DNA of 35,430 nucleotides from a virus: UHGV virus genome UHGV-0309502; one strand, 5' to 3'. Shown piece by piece: positions 18,325 to 26,480 of this stretch (position 1 is its first letter; each line of letters starts with the position of its first letter). The notes under the pieces were generated by a model. It saw only the letters and a program-made list of their open reading frames with translations, ran no database searches and was not told where the DNA came from. The position numbers and the translations under genes were made by a program.

Positions 18325-21141
18325 TCAATCTTTATCGTAAAAACTGCCACGCCCGGCACGGGCGCGCCGTTCCATTTCTGCCCTAACCATTTCACCGACC
18401 AGTTTCGCCAGTTCGCGGGGATTCTGTGTAACAATGTTATGCAGATGAACATGAATTTCACCGCCAAATCCGGAGGCAACAGGCTCCCGGTTACGGGAAG
18501 TTGCAGGAGCTGATGCCACTGGCGATCGTATGGCCTCCGCCACCGGGCGGGAGCTGGCCGCAACAACAGGGACCAGCGCCGGAGGCAGCGGAGCCGGAAC
18601 CACGGGTGTGATATTAATTGCGGGGGCAGGCTTACTGACCTGCGCAATCTTCCGCTCCTGCCACTCCCCACGAACAGCAAGTGCGCGGGGCAGGTTCTTA
18701 AAGACAATATCGCCGGGGCCAATGCGTTTTTTCGTCTCATCAACCAGCTTACCTGTGTTATCAGCAATTTTGCTGAGTCTGCGCAGCGTCCCGGTATTGC
18801 TGTCTGTGAGCGGTTTGTTGTCTTTGGGTTTATCACCTCCGGTGCCATTGCCATTTTCCACAGGCTTCGGCGGATTGATTTTCGCCAGGTCCCCCTGAAG
18901 TAAGGCAACCTTGTCCTGAAGAATGGCCGCACGCTGTGCGTCTTCGATTTTCTTGCGCGCCCTTTCCGCTTCATCCGGAAGGACGCCAAGTTTTTCAAGT
19001 ATCCACGCCAGCGTATCCAGTAGCATTTTTGCAGGTGTCAGAACAAGTTGTAACGCACCGCCAAGAACGTTACCGAATATCTCGCCAGCACTGGTACATT
19101 TATCCAGCGTTTCCTTGCTGGACTCCATCGGTGACAACAGCGATTTAAACCAGTTAAACACCTGGCTGATCCCGCTTCCGATTGCGTCAAAAACAGGACC
19201 AAACCGTTCAAAGGTTTCGCGCAACGGGGTCAGCCTTTCCATAATCCCGCTGAACACCCCGGCAAAAAATGCCCTGATGGGATCCCAGTATTTCCAGATG
19301 AGAACGGCAGCTCCGGCAAGCGCAGCCACGATAAGACCGACCGGACTGAACAACGCCCCGATAGCGCCCCCCAGTAACGAAACGGAACCCGTCACCATTC
19401 CCCATAGTGCTGGCAGGAGTCTGACAGCATTCATTGAACCGGTCAGGAGGGAAAAGCCAAGACGCAGTTTTGCCAGCGGGCCAGCAAGCACACCAATAGC
19501 CAGCGACAACGAGCCAACCGTTGCAGTCATTGCCAGCAACGCACCGCCTGCTATCAGTAGCTGGCGCGTCAGTACCGGATGGGCCTGCGCCAGCGAGGTG
19601 ATTTTTTCAAGCACCCGCGTGAGCCACTGCGTGACAGAACGCAGCGGACCGTCAACCAGATCACTGATGCGAATACGAAGACCTTCCCATGCGCTGTCGA
19701 GATTTTTCAGGTCCCCATCAAGATTATCGGCCATTACTTTTGCGACGCGATCGGCCTCTCCCCTTGCCCCCTGCAATTCTCTGGTCAGTTTTTGCAGCTC
19801 TCCTGAACCAGCCGCAGCAACAAGCGTCTGCAAACCAACGAACGCCTCTTCTCCGGCGATGTCCTTGAAGAAGGAAACCTGGTCCACCTGTCCGTATTTT
19901 TGTGTCGCCTTATAGAGATCAAGCAGCACATCCTCCATCGGGCGCATTTTGCCTCTGGCGTCAGCAACTGACACCCCCAGCTCTTTCAGCGCATCAGCCG
20001 CAGCTTTTGGCGGTGATGCAAGGCGGGACAGACTTGCGCGCATGGCCGTACCAGCATCGCTTCCACGAAGACCATTATTGGCAAGCATCCCGGCCATGGC
20101 CGCCGCTTCTTCAAGACTGATACCAAGTTTTGCGGCAACCGGACCGGTATACTTCATGGTTTCGCCCAGCGCGCGTAAATCAGTATTGGTCCGGGTGAAT
20201 GCCGCTGTCAGCGTATCGCCAACCCGGTCCATTTGATCGGCTGTCAGGTTGAACTGTGTGAGGATATTGGAGCCTATATCCGCCGTCTCGCCGAGTTCGA
20301 CGCCACCTGCCAGCGCCATATTAAGAACACCGGGCAATGCGGCCTGAATGGCCTGCGGAGTAAAACCAGCCATTGCCAGAAAGCTCTGCCCACTGGCGGC
20401 ATCACTCGCAGTAAACTGTGTTTCAGAGCCAAGTTTTAACGCCTGCTCACGCAGCGCCTTAAACTGCGGGCTGTTTTTGTCGATTCGCGTCAGTGCCTGA
20501 ACGCGGGACATCTCTTTGCCGAACCCGATCGCAGGCTGCAAAAAACGCCCGGCAGCATAGCCGCCCGCCGCTGCCGCACCAATTGCCAGCGCACCACCTG
20601 TTTTCAGTTTTCCCGCGGTTTCCTGCGCGCGCGAATACCGCTCACGCGCCCGCGTTACACGCGCAAGCGCCTGCCGTTCGCGTTCAAGCTGGTTGTTGTA
20701 CTGTTCGGTGCGTCTGATGGCCTGCTGGATGGTGTTATCGCTGCCTGTCAGGGAAATGCCGTGGCGTTTCAGCTCTCCGCCAAGCTCCCGCATTTTCTGA
20801 ATTTCCCGTGTGCGCGATTCATTCAGGCGTTCAAGCCGGGTGCTTAACTGCTGCATCAGCTTTTGTTGTTTTTCGCTGAGCACTGTACCCGTGCGTTGTA
20901 ACTGATTAAGGGCGTTAAGCTGGCGTCGTGCTTTCACGATACCCGCATCCGCTTTACTGACAGCGTCGCGGGCGCGCTCAAATGATCGCGCCTGACGCTC
21001 GAGATTTTTGATCGCCCCCTGCGTTCGCTGGATGGAGTCACCAAACTGCCCCATCAGGCGGCGGGCGTTTTCGGCAGGCCGGGTCAGCCTGTCAACGGCG
21101 CTGAAAGCGACCCGGATATCAAGAGTCTTCATTGTCTGCAT
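18325..21141 (-). CDS. T: tail tape measure protein T
   Basis: 938 aa, Ala/Gly/Leu-rich with coiled and hydrophobic segments; downstream of the E/E' chaperone pair. Confidence 0.85.
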   Translation of the reverse strand: MQTMKTLDIRVAFSAVDRLTRPAENARRLMGQFGDSIQRTQGAIKNLERQARSFERARDAVSKADAGIVKARRQLNALNQLQRTGTVLSEKQQKLMQQLSTRLERLNESRTREIQKMRELGGELKRHGISLTGSDNTIQQAIRRTEQYNNQLERERQALARVTRARERYSRAQETAGKLKTGGALAIGAAAAGGYAAGRFLQPAIGFGKEMSRVQALTRIDKNSPQFKALREQALKLGSETQFTASDAASGQSFLAMAGFTPQAIQAALPGVLNMALAGGVELGETADIGSNILTQFNLTADQMDRVGDTLTAAFTRTNTDLRALGETMKYTGPVAAKLGISLEEAAAMAGMLANNGLRGSDAGTAMRASLSRLASPPKAAADALKELGVSVADARGKMRPMEDVLLDLYKATQKYGQVDQVSFFKDIAGEEAFVGLQTLVAAAGSGELQKLTRELQGARGEADRVAKVMADNLDGDLKNLDSAWEGLRIRISDLVDGPLRSVTQWLTRVLEKITSLAQAHPVLTRQLLIAGGALLAMTATVGSLSLAIGVLAGPLAKLRLGFSLLTGSMNAVRLLPALWGMVTGSVSLLGGAIGALFSPVGLIVAALAGAAVLIWKYWDPIRAFFAGVFSGIMERLTPLRETFERFGPVFDAIGSGISQVFNWFKSLLSPMESSKETLDKCTSAGEIFGNVLGGALQLVLTPAKMLLDTLAWILEKLGVLPDEAERARKKIEDAQRAAILQDKVALLQGDLAKINPPKPVENGNGTGGDKPKDNKPLTDSNTGTLRRLSKIADNTGKLVDETKKRIGPGDIVFKNLPRALAVRGEWQERKIAQVSKPAPAINITPVVPAPLPPALVPVVAASSRPVAEAIRSPVASAPATSRNREPVASGFGGEIHVHLHNIVTQNPRELAKLVGEMVRAEMERRARAGRGSFYDKD

Positions 21142-21355
21142 TCCCGCTGCGAAGTGCCGCCCGCTCGCGCCAGCTAACCACTTCGCCGGGCGTCATCATG
21201 AAGATTTCGGCGGGCGACCAGTTAAAAATGGCGGCAATATCCGCCACCAGATCTTCGATGTGCTCAAAGCACACCAGGGTGATTACGCTGCCGTCTCCTG
21301 CACGCTCTTCGCGCCAGAGTCTGGCTCGCTCATAAAATTTACAGCCACAGCGCAC
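21119..21355 (-). CDS. E' extension reading frame (expressed only as E+E' fusion by -1 frameshift)
   Basis: Overlaps the E 3' end in the -1 frame; slippery heptamer A_AAT_TTT (minus strand) lies in the overlap. Confidence 0.6.
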   Translation of the reverse strand: MRCGCKFYERARLWREERAGDGSVITLVCFEHIEDLVADIAAIFNWSPAEIFMMTPGEVVSWRERAALRSGNADNEDS

Positions 21356-21657
21356 AACCGAATAAAATCGCGTGACGACATTTTTTTAATCATCACTTCA
21401 TCCAGTCGTGGCGAGGTCACGCGAGGCAACAGCGTGAACATGGTATCCGCTTTCAGATTCAGCACATCAGACAGCGACAGACCACGCAGGGATCCCGCCT
21501 GCTCAATAGCCCCGGTGATCTCCACATATGTGATTTTTTCGCCACCACGCTCAATTGGCCGGGAAAGTTTTACACCACGTTCGACAGCCATATCCTCACC
21601 TGCCGTCACATCATCCGCTACGGTGTTATTCCGGGTTTCAGTATCGATATCTTTCAT
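21283..21657 (-). CDS. E: tail assembly chaperone E
   Basis: 124 aa; between tail tube and tape measure genes; frameshift partner frame present. Confidence 0.7.
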   Translation of the reverse strand: MKDIDTETRNNTVADDVTAGEDMAVERGVKLSRPIERGGEKITYVEITGAIEQAGSLRGLSLSDVLNLKADTMFTLLPRVTSPRLDEVMIKKMSSRDFIRLCAVAVNFMSEPDSGAKSVQETAA

Positions 21658-21712
21658 CAGTTGTCTCCTTTTCAGTCAGAGGCGACGCACTGCGCCGCCT
21701 GCATATTACTTA

Positions 21713-22225
21713 TCAGCCAAGCCCAAGCGCGGAACGAATGCGGTCAGGCACAATGTCCTTGCCGTCCTTCCGGTAGATGTGGTTCAACAGGTCGATTTCC
21801 AACAGCGGGCGATCGTTAACGCTCAGCTTGTAGTAGGTGTTTTTGACAGCGTAAGTGTGTGATGTGGCTTCGCCCTGTTTGGCCTCCCCCATATCAATTT
21901 CCGTCACACGCCCGCGCATCTCGATTTCATACAGATCGCTTTCTGCATCGGTGTAGTATTCACCCGCAAAACGCAGCAGCGTGCCGTCAATCGTGCCGCC
22001 ATATTTAAGGAACAGCGCACGAACAGCTCCCCCCATAACAAAACTCGCATCAAGCGCGGAGTCGTCCAGACCGAGATCAATACTTACCGCCCCCATCATG
22101 CCACCACCACGATAGCTGTCGGTTTTGCGCGTCAGTTTGGGCGGCGTGACGGACGTCACCTTACCCACTTCGTTTTCACCATCCACAAACAGCGTAAAAA
22201 AGCGAAGATGTTTTGGTACAGCCAT
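21713..22225 (-). CDS. FII: tail tube protein FII
   Basis: 170 aa; follows the sheath gene; size and synteny. Confidence 0.85.
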   Translation of the reverse strand: MAVPKHLRFFTLFVDGENEVGKVTSVTPPKLTRKTDSYRGGGMMGAVSIDLGLDDSALDASFVMGGAVRALFLKYGGTIDGTLLRFAGEYYTDAESDLYEIEMRGRVTEIDMGEAKQGEATSHTYAVKNTYYKLSVNDRPLLEIDLLNHIYRKDGKDIVPDRIRSALGLG

Positions 22226-23409
22226 CAGGCACCTCCCAGCACCGCAAATGCGGGACCAAAGAATTCATCAGTAAACGACTGGTAAAGCTCCATGTCTTCC
22301 AGCGGGGGAACAGGCGTATATTTGTAGCGAATACGCACGCGCCCCTGACGTAAATTCGTGGTGCCGTTATCCACCACGTCATACCAGCACGACGCCCCAA
22401 TCAGTTTCCCGGCAGTAACCAGTGAATCCAGTTTTGCCCTGATGGCACTGATAACATCTTTCACGTTCGCAGGCGTCAGTGGACTGTCGATGGTTTCAAA
22501 CTGCGCTTCCGCAATTGAATCAGCCAGCACCTGTGCGGTTCGGGTATACACCTCAAAGATGTAGGCGTTCGTTTCCGGTGTGCGGTTGCCCCAGAAGCGG
22601 AACCCGTTGCGACGAATAATGGTCGTGATTTCTTTGTTGTTGAGGCTATTGGCATCGCTGTCTTCGGCCTGCAACGACCAGAACACATGCCTGGACATCC
22701 CCAGCACATTTTTAACCGGAACGTTGGACAGTGATTTGTGCCATCCCTGCTCATGGTCAATGTACGCACGAAGGCCGCACGCATAGGCAGGCGCGGGGAA
22801 CGTTTCGTTTTTGCCACTTTTCGGGTTGTAGGCGATGAAGTCCGGCCATAAGAGCATCACCTCACGTTCGTTGAATTTCTGGCGGTAGGTAATCGCCTCA
22901 GCCATCGTGTTACAGCCGTGACATGAGGCATACACAAACGCGCGCAGTTTACCCGCAATCACGCACAGGGATTTTGTCACCGCCTCCGTGTCCAGCTCCG
23001 GCGCGGCCAGAATACGCGGACGGTATCCGATGCTTTCATCCTGCTCTGCAACAAGCAGCGCATACATCCCCGTATAGCTGCCGTCAGATTCAGAACCACC
23101 GATAACCAGTTGATCCTGCGTCTTTCCGTCTTCTTCTTTGTGTTCAGCCACGCGAACGACGATCACCTTTGTGCTCACCTGGTCTGCGATGGCCTTAAGC
23201 GCACGATAAAGCGTCCCCGTTGTCCCGCATTTTCCCAGCACGTCATTGACGCGGGTCAGCAGTGTGGGCTTGTTCAGCGGGAACAGCTTCGCGTCCGCAT
23301 CATCCGCCGTTGCCACGATACCGATAACGCTGGAATCAACATCGTTAATCGCTGTTACCAGGTCGGTATTTTCCGTAACACGGGCACCATGAAAACGAGT
23401 TTCACTCAT
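22225..23409 (-). CDS. FI: contractile tail sheath protein FI
   Basis: 394 aa; first gene of the minus-strand tail operon; size and synteny. Confidence 0.85.
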   Translation of the reverse strand: MSETRFHGARVTENTDLVTAINDVDSSVIGIVATADDADAKLFPLNKPTLLTRVNDVLGKCGTTGTLYRALKAIADQVSTKVIVVRVAEHKEEDGKTQDQLVIGGSESDGSYTGMYALLVAEQDESIGYRPRILAAPELDTEAVTKSLCVIAGKLRAFVYASCHGCNTMAEAITYRQKFNEREVMLLWPDFIAYNPKSGKNETFPAPAYACGLRAYIDHEQGWHKSLSNVPVKNVLGMSRHVFWSLQAEDSDANSLNNKEITTIIRRNGFRFWGNRTPETNAYIFEVYTRTAQVLADSIAEAQFETIDSPLTPANVKDVISAIRAKLDSLVTAGKLIGASCWYDVVDNGTTNLRQGRVRIRYKYTPVPPLEDMELYQSFTDEFFGPAFAVLGGA

Positions 23410-23566
23410 AGCTTTAGCCCCTTGTATCCGTTAAATGATTCGGCAACAATCATCACCCACCACGCGCGTAATCTCACCCCTGTGCCGTTCTCCCGATCCG
23501 GCGACAACAAAAAGCAGTAACCCCCTCCGCACGCACATGCGACCATGCCGCACAGGGAGGGAACAG

Positions 23567-24676
23567 ATGACCGATACCACCATGCAATTGCTCAGTCAGG
23601 GCACAGACCCCGTGAAAATGCCGGATTTTGATATTCTCGCGGAGGGTAAAACGCTGTCAGGCGTGGCAGAGCGCCTGATGAGCCTGTCACTGACCGACAA
23701 CCGGGGATTTGACGCGGACCAGCTCACCATCACGCTGGATGATGCGGATTGTCAGTTGCAGCTACCGCCACGGGGCGCGCGCCTGACGGTTCTCATTGGC
23801 TGGAAAGGAGAACCGCTGACAGAAAAAGGCACTTACATTGTTGATGAAATCGCTCACGAAGGACCGCCGGACAGGCTGACTGTTTCAGCCAGAAGCGCAG
23901 ATTTTCGGGATGAATTTAACGTTAAACGTGAGGTGTCCTGGCATGATGTGACCGTTGAGCGTGTGGTATCCGCCATCGCTCATCGGTATGGTCTGAAACC
24001 GCAAATCAGCGAAATGCTGATGGATATCGAAATCGACCACGCCGACCAGACCGAAGAAAGCGACATGTCCTTCCTTACGCGCATGGCGGAAATGCTGGGC
24101 GCAATCACCACGGTAAAAAGCGGTAATCTGTTATTCATTATGCCAGGCGGTGGCGTGAACGCACAGGGCCAGCCGTTGCCATCGTTCGCCATCACGCGCA
24201 GCAGTGGCGATCGCCATCAGTTCCGCATTGCTGACCGCGAAGCGTATACGGGGGTACGCGCTTACTGGCTTGATCTTAATTACGGGAAAAAGAAAAAAGT
24301 CAGCGTGAAACACCGCAAACCGCCAAAACCCAAAAAGGAGAAAAGCAGCAGCCGTGAAGGTGATTATATGGAAGGCGCGGAAGGCAATGTGTTTGTGTTA
24401 CGCAAGACTTATCAGAACGAGCAGGCAGCAAGACGCGCAGCGGCGGCAAAGTGGCAGCAGCTACAACGCGGAGCCGCATCATTCTCCATCACGCTGGCAT
24501 GTGGTCGTGCAGAACTCTACCCCGAAATGCATGGCACGGTAACAGGATTTAAAAGCGAGATTGATAATCAGGACTGGATTATTGCAAAAGCCGAGCACAC
24601 CATCGATAACAGCGGCTTTACCACGCAGCTTGAGCTTGAGGCAAAAATCTCGGAATGGATAGCAGAAACAGAGTGA
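23567..24676 (+). CDS. D: tail protein D (late gene D family)
   Basis: ORF frame 23435..24676; ATG at 23567 preceded by GGGAGGG; SLRLTDNRG... / RLTVSARSADFRDEF resemble recalled gpD. Confidence 0.8.
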   Translation: MTDTTMQLLSQGTDPVKMPDFDILAEGKTLSGVAERLMSLSLTDNRGFDADQLTITLDDADCQLQLPPRGARLTVLIGWKGEPLTEKGTYIVDEIAHEGPPDRLTVSARSADFRDEFNVKREVSWHDVTVERVVSAIAHRYGLKPQISEMLMDIEIDHADQTEESDMSFLTRMAEMLGAITTVKSGNLLFIMPGGGVNAQGQPLPSFAITRSSGDRHQFRIADREAYTGVRAYWLDLNYGKKKKVSVKHRKPPKPKKEKSSSREGDYMEGAEGNVFVLRKTYQNEQAARRAAAAKWQQLQRGAASFSITLACGRAELYPEMHGTVTGFKSEIDNQDWIIAKAEHTIDNSGFTTQLELEAKISEWIAETE

Positions 24677-24718
24677 GCAACTTAGAATAGCAGCAGCACC
24701 ACGTTAAGGGAGGTCGCT

Positions 24719-24979
24719 ATGTTCCGTTGTCCGCTTTGTGGCGCATCTGCCCGTATCCGCACCAGTCGTCCGGAAAATGATTCAAACACCGTGCGGCAAA
24801 AGTATTACCAGTGTAACAACCTGGAATGCGGCGTATGCTTCTCAACACTGGAAGCTTTCCATAAATTCACATCAAAACACACCTCCGGCGTTCACTCTTC
24901 AGAAGGTATCCCGTGGCATGAGCTGCCAGCTTCACACAGGGGAAACAATCAGATGAGTTTGCCTTTACCTCAGAATTAA
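24719..24979 (+). CDS. ogr: Ogr/Delta-type zinc-finger late transcription activator
   Basis: MFRCPLCG...(22 aa)...CNNLEC gives a C-x2-C-x22-C-x4-C pattern; GGGAGG Shine-Dalgarno; located after D as in P2. Confidence 0.75.
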   Translation: MFRCPLCGASARIRTSRPENDSNTVRQKYYQCNNLECGVCFSTLEAFHKFTSKHTSGVHSSEGIPWHELPASHRGNNQMSLPLPQN

Positions 24980-25039
24980 CAGGCAGAATTGCCGGAGTAA
25001 CAAAAAAGCGATAGATTACGCGCGGGTGCCTTTCGGCTG

Positions 25040-25135
25040 ATGGTCGGAGGGAATACCCGAAGGCCAGATGTGGAAAGGCCCCGGAAAACATTTCTGTTTA
25101 ACCGAGGCCCTAACATATCTACCTTAAGCAAGTGA
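25040..25135 (+). CDS. putative leader ORF upstream of hok (mok-like), 31 codons
   Basis: Encodes ...KTFLFNRGP...; the same peptide core is conserved in the second leader copy at 26063, with nucleotide differences that are synonymous. Confidence 0.3.
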   Translation: MVGGNTRRPDVERPRKTFLFNRGPNISTLSK

Positions 25136-25170
25136 TAGGTTAGCGCCTCTCCAACAAAGGAGCAAGCGCT

Positions 25171-25311
25171 ATGTCGCAAAAATCGCTTACGGCCATCACA
25201 TTCTGCGTGACGGTAATCCTCATCATCTGGATGCTACACGGTTCGCTGTGTGAAATACGGATGAGCTTCTGGGGAGCGGAGTTTGCGGCGTTCTTACAGT
25301 GTAAGCAGTAA
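25171..25311 (+). CDS. hok: Hok/Gef-family type I toxin (46 aa)
   Basis: Below the ORF-track cutoff; MSQKSLTAITFCVTVILIIWMLHGSLCEIRMSFWGAEFAAFLQCKQ has the N-terminal TM helix, SLCEIR signature and EFAAF tail of Hok proteins; AAAGGAG Shine-Dalgarno. Confidence 0.6.
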   Translation: MSQKSLTAITFCVTVILIIWMLHGSLCEIRMSFWGAEFAAFLQCKQ

Positions 25312-25399
25312 GGAAACCGCGACGGGGGAGCAATCCCCCGTCAATCGGTTGCTAAGGTTGGCTGAAGTGGCACCCTATCTCACAGACATGAACAACAAA

Positions 25400-25431
25400 C
25401 CCGCAGCGTAAGAACTGCGGGTTTTCTTTTT
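25400..25431 (+). terminator. rho-independent terminator at the end of the hok-like transcript
   Basis: CCCGCAG / CTGCGGG stem followed by TTTTCTTTTT. Confidence 0.65.
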
Positions 25432-25499
25432 GGAACTATCACTAGCTAGTGTACCGTTAACGGCACATAATGCTCGCACAACAAACCTGTTAAAAGAGA

Positions 25500-25781
25500 T
25501 TACTCAGCATTCTCCTGCTTCCATTGCCGGATCATTTCATCGGTAACATCACCCTCATAACATACCACGTCATACCCTCCATTACGGCTATATGCACTGC
25601 GTCCACCACATCTACTACCATTCCTTGCATGATTATAAGGACACGCACAATTGCCTGGATAAGATTCAATGGATTCTTTAATTATTTCTTTTTTGATCTG
25701 AGCATCAGACTTTCCTGTTGCTGCATATCCGCTAAAAGATACTAAACAAAGGCAGATTGCCATTAATAAACCACATCGCAT
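25500..25781 (-). CDS. small secreted Cys-containing protein (93 aa), unknown function
   Basis: ORF frame 25500..25895; internal Met gives signal-peptide-like MRCGLLMAICLCLVSFSGYAATG; AT-rich island unlike flanking phage genes. Confidence 0.45.
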   Translation of the reverse strand: MRCGLLMAICLCLVSFSGYAATGKSDAQIKKEIIKESIESYPGNCACPYNHARNGSRCGGRSAYSRNGGYDVVCYEGDVTDEMIRQWKQENAE

Positions 25782-26062
25782 ACCGATACACTCTATTACT
25801 AACCAATCATAGCCCACATCATAAAATCGAGATGAGGAGTACAATACCTTTAACAAGAAGGTGTCATAACGATAATATGTCGTGCAATTCATCAAAAAAA
25901 AGATCTATATCAAAGAGATAGAACTCTTATCAGTGCTTCAGACATCGGCATTCGAGGCAGCAGAAAAACAGTAAATCTGACGAATTTGCCTTTTCCCAAG
26001 ATGTTGTCAGATTAAAAAGATAGATTAGCGCAGGTACCTGTTGGTGGATTGCAGGAGGAAAA

Positions 26063-26167
26063 ATGAAGTCGAGTGGAAAAATCCCAGAAAAATTTTTGTT
26101 TAACAGAGGTCCTGGTTCACTATGCGAAATACGGAGGAGCTGCAGAAGAATTCTGCTTCATCCTTAG
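26063..26167 (+). pseudogene. hok-locus remnant: leader peptide fused to the hok C-terminal SLCEIR region, TM-coding part deleted
   Basis: Region from about 26020 aligns by eye to the leader of the intact locus; about 115 bp encoding the leader end, spacer and Hok TM helix are absent. Confidence 0.4.
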
Positions 26168-26252
26168 AGTTTAAACAGCACGTGCACTACCATTGTTTCT
26201 GCATATCGCCACACCATCGCCACTCAACCGCCATTGCACAAAATACAAATAC

Positions 26253-26276
26253 AAAAAAACCACCCGAAGGTGGTTT
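26253..26276 (-). terminator. hairpin plus T-run on the minus strand, just across att from int
   Basis: Minus-strand reading AAACCACC-ttcg-GGTGGTTT followed by TTTTTTTG. Confidence 0.45.
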
Positions 26277-26319
26277 CACGACACTGCTTATTGCTTTGAT
26301 TTTATTCTTATCTTTCCCA

Positions 26320-26373
26320 TGGTACCCGGAGCGGGACTTGAACCCGCACAGCGCGAACGCCGAGGGATTTTAA
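26320..26373 (-). other. attachment-site core: 3' fragment (anticodon loop to CCA end) of tRNA-Leu(UAA)
   Basis: Minus-strand reading TTTAAAATCCCTCGGCGTTCGCGCTGTGCGGGTTCAAGTCCCGCTCCGGGTACCA matches the recalled 3' part of leuZ-type tRNA-Leu(UAA); acceptor 5' strand and anticodon-stem 5' strand absent, so not an intact tRNA. Confidence 0.6.
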
Positions 26374-26480
26374 AAACTATCAACCACCATTTATAAATCA
26401 TAACCTTATGATTTTATTAACTTTGAAAATGGCTCTATACAACGCCATTTGAATCTATTGTCACTTTTTATCGCCACTTT

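Noticed and set aside
18923-19915. 330-aa ORF on the plus strand, plus neighbouring 60-130 aa plus-strand ORFs
   Set aside because: Antisense to the tape-measure gene T; Ser/Ala/Pro-rich with no start context; spurious.
21008-21862. 284-aa ORF on the plus strand
   Set aside because: Antisense across T, E and FII; spurious.
26122-26373. 83-aa plus-strand ORF running across the att core
   Set aside because: Spans the tRNA-derived att sequence and a terminator hairpin; an artefact of an open frame through structured non-coding DNA.
26320-26410. Intact tRNA-Leu gene
   Set aside because: Only the 3' 54 nt match a tRNA; the upstream part lacks the acceptor 5' strand and anticodon-stem 5' strand, so this is an att-site fragment, not a functional tRNA.
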